DNA of 63,178 bases, filler included, from Octopus bimaculoides (taxonomy: Eukaryota), in the NCBI RefSeq assembly GCF_001194135.2. It is 5 parts of 3 records of this genome, joined end to end, with 100 filler letters (N's around TTAATTAATTAA, not from the genome) between each part and the next. Parts side by side here need not be neighbours in the genome. Positions count along the whole stretch, not along the records: positions 26,531 to 46,411 come from NC_068982.1; 4 more parts are not named here. The stretch is one strand, 5' to 3'. The notes below the pieces were generated by a model. It worked only from the letters and a program-made list of their open reading frames with translations, ran no database searches and was not told the origin of the DNA. This document shows, one piece after another, positions 26,541 to 38,520 of this stretch. The number at the start of each line of letters is the position of its first letter. Position 1 is the first letter of the stretch. Position numbers and translations under genes: made by a program.

Positions 26541-26975
26541 TGTGGCTGTGTGGTAAGTAGCTTGCTTACCAACCACATGGTTCCGGGTTCATTCCCACTG
26601 CGTGGCACCTTGGGTAAGTGTCTTCTACTATACCCTCGGGCCGACCAAAGCCTTGTGAGTGGATTTGGTAGACGGAAACTGAAAGAAACACGTCGTATAT
26701 ATGTATATGTATATATGTATGTATGTGTGTTTGTGTGTATATGTTTGTGTGTATATGTTTGTGTGTCTGTGTTTGTCCCCCCAACATCGCTTGACAACCG
26801 ATGGTGGTGTGTTTAGGTCCCCGTAACTTAGCGGTTCTGCAAAAGAGACAGGTAGAATAAGTACTAGGCATACAAAGAATAAGTCCTGGGGTCGATTTGC
26901 TCGACTAAAGGCGGTGCTCCAGCATAGCCGCAGTCAAATGACTGAAACAAGTAAAAGAGTAAAGAATAAAGAGTA
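26541..26975 (+). mobile_element. SINE family A, best-preserved full-length copy
   Basis: A-box-like TGGCTGTGTGGTAAG, B-box-like GGTTCATTCCC, body CCTTGGGTAAGTGTCTTCTACTATA...GGAAACTGAAAGAA, internal (TA/TG)n, and 3' tail CAGTCAAATGACTGAAACAAGTAAAAGAGTAAAG. Confidence 0.9.
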
Positions 26976-27429
26976 TTGTATTGGGTAATTCTTCACTTTG
27001 ATGTTAAATTGTTTTTGCATATAACTTGAAATAAAAGCAAATTTTAACATACGAGCATAAAACAATTAGCGAAAGTGTGGCAGAGTAGCCACCACCATGT
27101 GATACTCGCTTGTGAGTGACGTCTATGCTTTTCATATATTTCACAGTCATCAACCGCGGTATGAACTTTTGACCTAGAATCTTAATACGACTAAAACTAT
27201 AAATTAAAATAAAAAAGAAAAAGAAAAACATTTGGTACCACTCGAAAAAAATCCCATTTAATTTAGGTAGAGAATATAAATAGATAAAGTCTCTTATAGC
27301 TGTTTCTAGAATAGCCAATCATGCAAATCATGATATTGAGTAAGAATTCCATAAGCTGAGTATTCCGTCATTTAGAGAAGGAGAAAATGAAAAAATATCT
27401 CCAATCGAGAATATCAGTATATATATATA

Positions 27430-27742
27430 TATCTGTGGAGATATATTGTAGCAGAAGAATTAGTATTTTAACTGCTATTTCTAAATTTCGGTATGGGGTG
27501 GAGCAACTTTTGCTGATCCCTTAATTATGTTTATGATTATAAAAAAAAATTTGTATAAGTTTTTACCGATAACGGTTTTTTTCCATACCGAACTAGTTGG
27601 TAAAATTATTAATTATTGATTTATTAATAAATTAATAATTCTTTACCCTATATCTATAATTATATATATATAATAATATTAGGGAAAAAATCCAAAATTA
27701 CAGGTAAAAACTCAATTTATGAACCTTGGTTCTTTTCCCTAA

Positions 27743-27745
<3 letters not shown>
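27430..27745. repeat. AT-rich interspersed repeat embedded in (TA)n, possibly a Penelope-like pseudo-LTR remnant
   Basis: Bounded by TA runs, with a TTAGGGAAAA / TTTTCCCTAA inverted pair also seen at 6543-6570. The family assignment is inference only. Confidence 0.35.
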
Positions 27746-27797
<52 letters not shown>

Positions 27798-28299
27798 AGT
27801 ATGTATGTATGGATGTATGTATGCATATATGTATCTACGTGTGTGTATGTGTGTGTGTAGGAGAATCCATCTAATTTGTGCTCATAACGAGTGTTGTGAC
27901 TTGATGACTGGGTTTATCGTTATATAGTCAATTTTATGTAGCGTATGTCACTCGTACGCTGTTGAAAGAGCTGTAAACTGTGGAATAAATGTGATACCAA
28001 CAACTCTATTCTGCACTTGTTGCTTGTACTCCGCGAATGAAGGAGATTTTTTTGACTTTTAATTTGAGGGAGAAAAGCCAGCGTTTGCAGGAGTGTTTCT
28101 GAATTAACTGCCTGAATTTTTGGATCCTTTCACACTTACTGTATATATACAGTTCCGTACGGAAAAGCTATATTGAAGTGGCAACAAACACTACTTTTCA
28201 GTATTGTTACTTCTTGCATTTCTCATAGAGATTTTAGAACTGGCTACTTTGCTTGTTGCAAAATCAGCAGCTGAATGTCACTTATTATAGCAGACAGGT

Positions 28300-28350
28300 A
28301 TCCAGTACTGACGAGGGATAATACCCTGAAACCAGTACTGGTCTTGTCAC
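28300..28350 (+). ncRNA. Minimal type I hammerhead ribozyme-like motif
   Basis: CTGACGA (28308-14), GGG-ATAATA-CCC-T stem II, GAAA (28328-31), palindromic stem III CCAGTACTGG (28332-41), then TC giving a GUC cleavage triplet. Stem I is weak. Confidence 0.6.
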
Positions 28351-29159
28351 GCTAGATGCTAGGAGTTCGCACCTCTGGTCGCAATATATCGGACAAAGGT
28401 TGTGTCGTTAATCAGCTGGAGATGTCGTCCTGGCGTTAAAAAAATGGTAGTCGTACGAAACAGCCATGTATATATATTGTTGTCGTCATAAAAATTTAGG
28501 AAGTTTTGAAGAAACATGAAATCAATCTCTTGTGGAACTGGATCTCGAAATATATTAAGCTATAAATAGTAGCATGTAGATAGTTATATGCTATTATTTA
28601 TAGCTTTATGTGTTTCAAGATTCAGTTCCCATACATATATANNNNNNNNNNNNNNNNNNNNNNNNNNNNNNNNNNNNNNNNNNNNNNNNNNNNNNNNNNN
28701 NNNNNNNNNNNNNNNNNNNTCTTCTGCAACACTCAACAAATATGAAAGGAATCAACATACTTTGGCTGACGCTGGATTAAACTCATATTTTGGTGATATA
28801 TCTTTAGAAAGTAGCATTGAAAATATTTAGGCAAAATTTGTATTACCAGAAGTGTAAACAGACGATAAAAAACGCAGTGTAAGACAGCTATGTCACAGTG
28901 AATAAATATTAGTTTTCTGATTGAAACCTTTAATTAAAAAAAAAAAAGGAAAAAGAGCTTGAAAATCACATTTTGATTTTAAAATATATTAAAATTGAAA
29001 TTTATAAGAAATTTCTAGACAGTGCAGACTATAATAATTGATTTCTTTTAGTAAAAGTCATATACTCATAAAGTAATTGATGCGCTACCTTTTTGATTAT
29101 AGTATAGAAATGCATTTGTGCATTTAAATATGTCGACTTATCTCGCTCAAAATTATTGG

Positions 29160-29604
29160 CTTCGTGCCTCATTTAAACCAATATCTATTTGTTTCTCTTC
29201 CTGCCGTACACACATTCTATCTTTTTTTTTGTTACCTATTCTTGCCTTCTAGCGTCACACTTTCTCTGTCTTCTGTATCACACTGTAATATCGGTTTCAG
29301 TTTTCAATTTTCAGTCTGTGTTTATATCGATTTCTATCTTCCTATTTCGCACCCCTCCCACGTTACCTCTCTGTCTATATATTTGTCTTTACCTAAATAT
29401 CCTCTAACCCATGTTTCTATATGTATCTATCTCTTTCTCCCTAGCTTGTTTTATGTCCTATCAACTTTCGCTATCCAAGCTCCAGTTCTGTTATATCTTT
29501 TTTACTTCTCTCCATTTCAATACAATTCTTCCTAACCATTTACTCCCTACTCTGCCGTCTCTGAGTTTCCAATTCCCAGTTTTAGTTTCTTTTAGTCTAT
29601 CCAT

Positions 29605-29650
<46 letters not shown>

Positions 29651-29868
29651 TCTCTCTCTCNNNNNNNNNNNNNNNNNNNNNNNNNNNNNNNCTCTCTCTC
29701 ACTCCCCATGTCTCACTCTGGTTCCTCCGCGCAATATCACTGCCCACTAAGTCTTTGTCCCATTCCTTCCAACTCTCATCCCATTCTTTTCCACATTATA
29801 TTTTCTCATTTGTTTCCCGCTCTCTGTCTTTCACTCTCTCTCTCTGTCTTTCTCTGCCTCTCTCTGTC

Positions 29869-29914
<46 letters not shown>

Positions 29915-29916
29915 CC

Positions 29917-29983
<67 letters not shown>

Positions 29984-30152
29984 CTCTCTCTCCCTCTGTC
30001 TCGTACCCTATCTTTTGCTATTTCACAATCCGCTTCTATGTATTTCTTATAAAACGTCTGTTTGCTTTTATTCCCCACTTCTCTACGTCATTTAACCATC
30101 AAACCACCATCTTTGCTTGTTTGCTTTTTTGCATATCTTTCTCTCAATACTA

Positions 30153-30226
<74 letters not shown>

Positions 30227-30815
30227 ATGCATTCTTTTTCTCGTTGGCTGTTATTCGGTCTGTCTATGTTGTCTGCTTCTCCCTCTATCATTAGTCTCTC
30301 CCCTTCATATTTCACCAAATTTCCCTCCCTCTCTTTCTTTCTCTCTCACTCTATTTGACTTATTTTGTTGTTTTTCTTTCCTTACTTTTCTCTATTTCTG
30401 TTTATATCTGCTTGTCTTTCACTCTGTCTTTGTATGTGTGCCAATATGTCTGCCCCCCCTCTCTCTTTCTCACTTAGTATTTGTATATCTGATTCTGTTT
30501 CCTTTCCTATTTATCATTTACTTCCCCTCTCTCTTTCCCTCTATTTCCCTGTCTCTGTCGTCTGCCTCTCTCTGTATGTTCATCGTTTGTTTTCCTTCTC
30601 TCTTTGTCTCTTCCCAGTTCTTTCTGTCAGTATGTCTCTACTCTCTATATTTATGTCTGACTGTGAATCTCTGTCTGGCTGACTGTCGTTTTGTCCCCTA
30701 CCATTTCTATTTACTTCTCAACTTGTCTTCCTAAATACCTCCCTTGTATTTGCCTCTCTACAAGTCATATGTACAACTATTGTCTCTTCTCAATCGCTGT
30801 CTCTTTCCCCTGTCC

Positions 30816-30881
<66 letters not shown>

Positions 30882-31476
30882 CGCTTGCTTTCTTTCTCTC
30901 CGCATCTCACTCTCTATCTGTTTCACTCACTCCTTTTGTCTTACCGATTCTCTTTCTTTATATCATTGATTATCTGTAGGTCTTTGACAGTGGAAGGAAA
31001 TGAGGAATGAAAAACAAAAACCAACATATAATAAGCTGAATAAAAACAATAGAGACACACGAATGAGAGATTGCTGGGAATAATTGAAAGAAATCGTAAA
31101 GAAAAATAAAACAAAAGGTGTGAATAAAAGAAGAAAACGAGACAGAAGTAAAGGGAAATGAAAGGCAAAAACAAATAAAGAAAGAAATGAACAACGAAAA
31201 AAAACTATAAATGGAAAAAGAAGAACGAAAAAATAGAGAGTAGAGAAAGAGAGAAAGAAATAGGTAGAGTGCGATAAACAGAAGGTTAGAAACACGAGAA
31301 AATTTAAGAAAATGGACGATAGATAAATAAAAAAATGTATGTTGAATGAAAGAGATAATACAAAGAAAGAATGATTGAGTGACAGAATGAAATGAATGAA
31401 ATGCAGAAAGACGGAGAGAAAAAGAAAGATATGAAAGACGTGCTGAAAGAAATAAAGGGAAGAAAGACTTTAAGAG

Positions 31477-31530
<54 letters not shown>

Positions 31531-32030
31531 ATGAATGAATGAATGAAAAAAGAAAGAAAGAGTATAGAATAAGAAAGAAAGGTGGATAGAAAAAAGACGG
31601 TCGGAATGATTGTAAAAGAATCAGAGGAAGACAGAAAGAATGAATGAGAGAAAGCATGAAAGAAAGAAAGAGAATGGAAAGCAACGGAAGCAATGGAGAG
31701 AAAAACAGTGAAAGAAGAAAGAAAAAGACAAGGTGGAAGAAAAAAAGAGGAAAAGAATAAAATGAAGAATGACAGACAGACAGAAAGGTGTTAGGAAAAG
31801 AAAGAAGTGATTAAGGTGAGAGCAATAACGGAATAAGAAAGAGAAATATAATAAGAAAACTTAAAAAGAAGAAGAGAAGAAAAGAAAAATGAAAAACAGA
31901 AAGATTGGAAGGAATATTAAAATGTAAAGATAAAGAAAAGAAAAGAAAACAGAAAGTAAACAGAGATGGGGAGAAAACTGAAGGAAAACAAAAACAACAA
32001 AAAGTAAGAATAAAGAAAAGGAAGTACGAT
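29160..32030. repeat. Long pyrimidine-rich block (29160-30965) followed by a purine-rich block (30975-32030)
   Basis: Direct reading. Includes (CT)n, (CTAT)n, (CA)n and (GAAA)n. Confidence 0.9.
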
Positions 32031-32059
32031 AGATTTAGTTATGTCATGAGCCCTAGGAT

Positions 32060-32290
32060 TCACAAGACCGGAACGTAATCCCGTTTCTTCTACGTAAGAG
32101 GGAGTGAGATTACTATGCTCCCTTCTGATTGGAACGCTGGCCCCTAAAAAGCTTAACTTTGCAACTATTGCGGGAGCCCATTTAAAGCTTAGTGGACTGG
32201 AGCAACGTGAAATTAAATGTTTTTGCTCCAAAAACATTACGTGCCATCTGGTTTGAGAATCGAAATTGCAATTTGACGATCGTGAGTGCA
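32060..32290 (-). mobile_element. SINE family C, degraded copy
   Basis: GTGGACTGGAGCAACGTGAAATTAAATGTTTTTGCTC is shared with 34670-34720. Confidence 0.6.
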
Positions 32291-33178
32291 AGATTCAAGA
32301 GAATGGATGGACTAAGTGGAGAAGGAGCACATACGAGGACGGAAAGTGTTGCTGAAGAGGTCACAGATGTGTAACGAAAGATTTCCGGACAATAGACATG
32401 AGTAAAAATAAGAACAGTAATAAACGAATAAAGAACGAATATATAGTGCGTGGGTTTATATATATATTCCTCACGTGACCATCTTTCTTTTCCTGCACGG
32501 ACATTCTAAGGACTGGACATATTCTATCTCTATCTTCTATCTTTTCTCTTTTCAAAGAAAATATTTCTTCCAGCGTTCACTATCTTTCCTCTCGTTCTGG
32601 TCTAATGACCGCCCATGTTTGTCTTGGTTCGGTTTCCTTGTATGTCTCCACTGTCCTGTTTTCGTTCCCAACTTTGACCCTCCATAAAATCCAAAACTTA
32701 TTTTGGAAGTTATGGGAGCAACTATCTTCGAAGACTCATATTGTCGTTCAGTGCTCGAAATGAGGAATAGATAGACAGCCGACAACTGTTGAAGGGTCGT
32801 TATTTGTGTTACTTGTTCTGTTTTCATTTTTCTCTCGTTGTTTGCGTATTTAACTAGCTTGTTTTCGTATTTCATGTTGTTTACAGTTGGTGNNNNNNNN
32901 NNNNNNNNNNNNNNNNNNNNNNNNNNNNNNNNNNNNNNNNNNNNNNNNNNNNNNNNNNNNNNNNNNNNNNNNNNNNNNNNNNNNNNNNNNNNNNNNNNNN
33001 NNNNNNNNNNNNNNNNNNNNNNNNNNNNNNNNNNNNNNNNNNNNNNNNNNNNNNNNNNNNNNNNNNNNNNNNNNNNNNNNNNNNNNNNNNNNNNNNNNNN
33101 NNNNNNNNNNNNNNNNNNNNNNNNNNNNNNNNNNNNNNNNNNNNNNNNNNNNNNNNNNNNNNNNNNNNNNNNNNNNNN

Positions 33179-33212
<34 letters not shown>

Positions 33213-33874
33213 GCATAAATACATACGTATATACATATATACATACATTCATGCATACGTACATGCATGTACGCGGATACACAAACGTACGCTGCCGTGT
33301 ATCCGCACATACCCATACATACAATTATGTATAAATACATGCCGATATATATATACACACACATATACACAGACACACTCATGCACATAATCATAAAACA
33401 CAGAGGGATTAGGAAGCAGAGAACTCCATTGGTAAGGAATGATGAAATCCAGATGCAATGTGAGGACCAAATTGTATTGTTGATACACCAGTGTGGGCTA
33501 GGTTCACTGGATAACCAGAGGGGTTGGGGGTAGACGGTTAATGTTAGAGAGTTGTACATAAAATAAAATAAATGAATTCCTGTAGCCCATCAATACAATG
33601 AATCTGATATGGAAAGCGGTGGAGGAAGGGTTAAACTTCAACTGAAGATATAGGGGCGATAGCTATAAAAGTCTGTGATATTAAATACTACTGAAAATGC
33701 AAGTTCATTGGGAGAAAAAAAGAACATAAATAAATAACATAACTTTTCATCAGATTAAAGTAGTGCGAATTATAATATAGGGAGAAAATAAATAAAGTAA
33801 TAATAAATAATATATACGGTGAGTTAAAAAACCTTGTAAGGTAAGTATATAAATTTAGTGTAACTAAAAGATCC

Positions 33875-34035
33875 TTTTTGTTCATGAATGACCATGGAAT
33901 TGCACTTAAGAAGTTACTCTCCGAGGTACAAGTCCGGGACAGGGTAGTCGCCGATGTAAAGCAGCCTCTTCTCTCCACGCCACCAATGTTATCCAAGGGA
34001 AGGACAAAGACTGATACAGCTTGGCATCAGAGATA
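33875..34035 (-). mobile_element. 3' portion of a SINE (tail type also seen at 60424-60479)
   Basis: CATGAATGACCATGGAATTGCACTTAAGAAGTTACTCTCCGAGG versus CATGAATGGCCATGGGGTTGCACCTAGAAAGTTCCTCTCCGGAG at about 60425. Confidence 0.6.
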
Positions 34036-34614
34036 GTTGTCCTACTGCATCTGGAGTAACCCTCGACGATAAGTTACCCTGTAATGACAATCATTCAGGG
34101 AGAATGTTGTGTTTTCGGTCACTTATACATTATGGAAACCGAGTAGCTGGCTTTATGAGTGCTAGAACTTGAAGCAGTAATGTTCAGAAGGTGAGGATGT
34201 TGTTAGTCAATGCCATCGAACCAAATACTTCACTGGTACTTTATTTTATCGATCCCGAAAGGATGAAAGTCAAATTGAAATATTTTTTGAATAATACACA
34301 AGCAAATTTGTAGCCTTTTGCTATCATTTTGTAATTAGTTGTTTTTAAGTTTACTCACTAATTGTTTCCCAAGTATTTAGGAAACAATTTGTCACCGATT
34401 TTGGCCCTCCGCAAAATCCCAAATTTTATTTAACGTGCGTTGCGGGAGCAACTGTTTTATCGAAGGCAGATCTTGTCGTGAATTGCTCGAAATACGGATT
34501 AGAAAAACAGCCGACAACTGATGAAGGGTCGTTCCTTGTGTTGCTTGTTTTGTTTTCCACGAATTTCGCTTGAGCAAATGACAAATAAAAAAAAAAGTAA
34601 AGTTATGTTCACAA

Positions 34615-34795
34615 GCTTGCCGACTCATAAGAGCCGGTTTCTCGGTTTCATGGCGTATGAATTTCCCAGCTGAGTGGACTGGAGCAACATGAAATGCAAT
34701 GTTTTGCTCAAGAACACAATGCATCGCCCGGTCCAGGAATCGAAACCACAATCTTACGATCATGAGTCCAACACCCTAACCACTAAGTCACCTCC
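34615..34795 (-). mobile_element. SINE family C copy including its tRNA-like head
   Basis: CAGCTGAGTGGACTGGAGCAAC...CCAGGAATCGAAACCAC (B-box on -)...CCCTAACCACTAAG (A-box on -). Confidence 0.7.
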
Positions 34796-35509
34796 ACAAT
34801 AATAAATGGGTATATAGCATTGNNNNNNNNNNNNNNNNNNNNNNNNNNNNNNNNNNNNNNNNNNNNNNNNNNNNNNNNNNNNNNNNNNNNNNNNNNNNNN
34901 NNNNNNNNNNNNNNNNNNNNNNNNNNNNNNNNNNNNNNNNNNNNNNNNNNNNNNNNNNNNNNNNNNNNNNNNNNNNNNNNNNNNNNNNNNNNNNNNNNNN
35001 NNNNNNNNNNNNNNNNNNNNNNNNNNNNNNNNNNNNNNNNNNNNNNNNNNNNNNNNNNNNNNNNNNNNNNNNNNNNNNNNNNNNNNNNNNNNNNNNNNNN
35101 NNNNNNNNNTTCATTAAATAAACAACAGTGTTCATATTTTAGATTTTTCATATTTTCTCATTCTCATTTTTTACAGTTGGTTTGGAACAATAAAGTTCCT
35201 AAATCGATATTCAACGTTTCCAAACCTTCACAGTCACATACTCAAGAATTCACTGGATCTGACTTCTGTGTTGTTTCTCCCATATTGTTTGAACCAATGC
35301 AGACCTTTCTGCCATATATATATATATATATATCAAACACAAACTTACGCACGAATGCATACACACATATATGTAACCATTGTTTTTTTTTTTTTGTGGT
35401 GTTTGTGTGAAACTTCGGTTGGCCCCATTCGAAATTATTGATAAACATGTAACATCTTGCTGTGAAAAGAAAGTTCGATTGGTTGGCTGAATAGGAAGAC
35501 TGATATTCA

Positions 35510-35900
35510 GACACAGATCAGTGAGTCGATTGCATCGACCCCAGTATTTAACTAGTACAGCCCTAAAAGGATGAAAAAGCAAAGTTGACCTCAGCGTAAT
35601 TTGAACTCAGAATAAAAAGAACTAGAATAAATACTGCAAAGCATTTTATCCGAGACTCTATCGATTCTGCCAATCCACAACTCAGTTGTTTCTAAATTAA
35701 GCACAAGGCTAACAATTTTTGAGAGAAGGAGTGAAATCAATTGCATCGACACCAGTACTTGTCTGATACTTTATCTTATCGACCCGTAAAAAAATGAATG
35801 GCAACCTTGACCTTGGTGGGATTTGAACTAAGAAAGTAAAGAATCGAAAGAAAAACCTCCTTGCATTTTGTCCAACATATTAAAGATCCTTCGAACCTTA
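35510..35900 (-). mobile_element. Two tandem degraded SINE family B copies
   Basis: GATTGCATCGACCCCAGT...AAAGGATGAAAAAGCAAAGTTGACCTC...GAACTCAGAA occurs twice with variation. Confidence 0.65.
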
Positions 35901-36716
35901 CTTTAGCACCTAAAACAACAAATAAAGCCCAGTTGGTAAAGTGCACGAACCGCCGACCTCTCAACCTTTTGAGCATTAACCTGTTCAATCGGCCACTTAC
36001 GTTTCTGATCTTTTTGTCCAGTATTTTACCAAAGACATCCCCATCATAACCACCACCGCTGGCACTCTAAGTAAATACGTTACTATGGTAAATGAGTCGG
36101 TTTCTGGTTAGAAATCGATGAGTTGATATGGCTTCCATATCGCATACCACTATAATTTCTAACCACACCAGGATTTCAATGTCAGATATACAGAGAAGTT
36201 CCGCATAACATAGATTCTACTTTCAAAAGAAGCCATTCCAGTTCCTGACTTCCCAAATTCCAATTTTCTGTTACACATACACATTCGTACCCGATTGTAA
36301 AGAAACCAATGCATACCTACCTACCTACCTACCTACCTACCTACCTACCTACGTATGTATGTATGTATGTATGTATGTATGTATGTATGTATGTATGTAT
36401 GTATGTATGTATGTATGTATGTATGTATGTATAGAGTGTTTGAAGAGATGTACAGATATTATATATTAAGAAAAAGGAGGCTGAATTATCCAAAATTCTA
36501 ACTGCCTTCTTTTTCTTAATATATATATACATACACACATACATACATATATATGCGCACACATAATCACACGTCTGCGCACACACACACACACATACAC
36601 ACACACACACATACACACACACACACGTATGAAATAAGACGACAGATGTAGTTTTAGTAACACACTCCAACATGGCCGTTGAAGTTTATAATCATAAAAC
36701 ATAGTGCCCCACACAC

Positions 36717-36792
<76 letters not shown>

Positions 36793-36956
36793 GTAAAATG
36801 AAAAAAATTAATTAGGCGTGGTTGTGTGTTCTTGAGTTTAATCCATCTGCAAAGCATTTCTAAAGCAGTGTCCCAGGATGGCCGCAACCTAATATCTGGA
36901 ACAAATAAAAAAAGAAAAAAAAAAGATACATGATAAAACAGAAAACAAAATAATTA

Positions 36957-38520
36957 CACTGGTCAACAAAATGAAACTATTTTTAATCATCAGAATTGCT
37001 GATTGACTTTTCTGGGTTAATTTTTGATGCTGATTACGAATCTGAAGTCCGATTTCCTCTATCGGGTCACATTTTCATGTTAATGATACCTGCTGTTTTG
37101 ACTTATAGGATACGTAAAGCATGTCTATATAAAGTATATTGAATACAAGATACGATAATTTCTTGGCCTTTTATTGTACAAAATTAAAATTATTGTGTAC
37201 AAATAAGCTGGAATACACTCAAATGCATAACAACTTAAAATCTACGGGATTTGGACTTTCTATGGTGTTTTGTCTCAGGTTCATTCCTGTATAACTTCCA
37301 ACAGTAGTCAGTTAACATTCCTGCATTCCAAAATCCTTGATATCGTTGTTCCATCAATGCAATATCTTGATGAAAGCGTTCCCCTTGCTCATCAGACACT
37401 GCTCCAAGGTTTTCTGCAAAAATGTTCAGATGTGAATCAAGGAAATGGACTTTTAGTGACATCCGACAGCCCATTACAACGTAGGAGTCTAGAAGACATT
37501 TCACTCCATTTCTAAACTCTAGAGATCTTTTGCTGCCTAGAAATGTTCACAGAGCCATTTGAAGGATTCCCAGGCTTTAAGCTCAATTTCATCCAGTGCT
37601 GTGAGGAAGTGGTTATCCTTCAGGAGTTCTTTAATCTGCGGACCTATGAATACGCCCTCCTTCAGTTTTACTTCGGTGATTTTTAGAAATTTGGCCTTCA
37701 CATATTCAAAATCTTTTGAGATTTTCTTGGCAAGTGTCTTCACGAATTGTTTCATGAGGTATGATTTTCGCAAAGGCCACTCTGATTGCACATAATGCTT
37801 GTTAGTTGCACGACTGTCCCACAGGCACAAAAAGCAACAATATTTCGTGAACCCAGATTGCATTCCCGTCAACATTCCAATCACCTTCAAGATCCACGTA
37901 TTTTCCAGCTGTAGTTTGTATACTTTATGGCATTCAGGAGTACTTGCATGTTTTCATAACACTTCTTCATGTGCACTGAATGTCCAATGGGAATGGATGG
38001 TTTCTTACTGCCGTTGTGTAGCAGTACTGCCTTGAGGCTTCTCTTAGATGAATCAATGAATAAGCGCCATTCAGCTGGAACATGCTCTTGGAACAAACAG
38101 CGAAATAACTCATCTGTATTATTACTGAAACAAAGTGGTCCATCAACAGAGAAGCATGAAGTCAGATCCCTATTTCTCTTCCACAAATGAGTAATACAAA
38201 CATCTTTCTTAAGCAGACATTTTTCTTGTAGGCGAGATGCTAATAGTTCAGCTTTATCCTTCGACAATGACAAGTCTCTGACTAAATCATTTAACTCTCC
38301 TTGAGAAAATTTCTGTGGTACGTCTTCATTTTCAATCGTGAAATCTGCATCCACTTCGGTATCTTCCACAGCAGTAGTATTTTCTTCAGGAAATACATCA
38401 TCGTCAGACATCTGAAGGCCATTTTCTGGTGGCATTGGAATAGAAATGTTGTGTGGTACTGGTCTTCTTGCTGATTCCAAGTTGGAATATGAATGAATGG
38501 AAAACGTGCTGTAATTCTTA
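36957..38520 (-). mobile_element. Chapaev3-like (CMC superfamily) DNA transposon, transposase pseudogene, 5' end missing
   Basis: Three consecutive ORF pieces (37887-38480, 37537-37890, 37235-37504) give SARRPVPH, FSQGELNDLVRDLSLSKDKAELLASRL, EWRLFIDSSKRSLKAVLLHNG, GFTKYCCFLCLWDSR, KLKEGVFIGPQI and HFLDSHL...LGAVSDEQGERFHQDI...RYQG...DYCW. The terminus is TTA|CACTGGTCAACAAAA at 36957. The transposase call is strong; the Chapaev3 label is from recalled family motifs. Confidence 0.7.

Noticed and set aside
30963-32291. Phe/Leu/Ser-rich ORFs resembling membrane proteins
   Set aside because: They are compositional artefacts of the purine/pyrimidine-skewed tracts.
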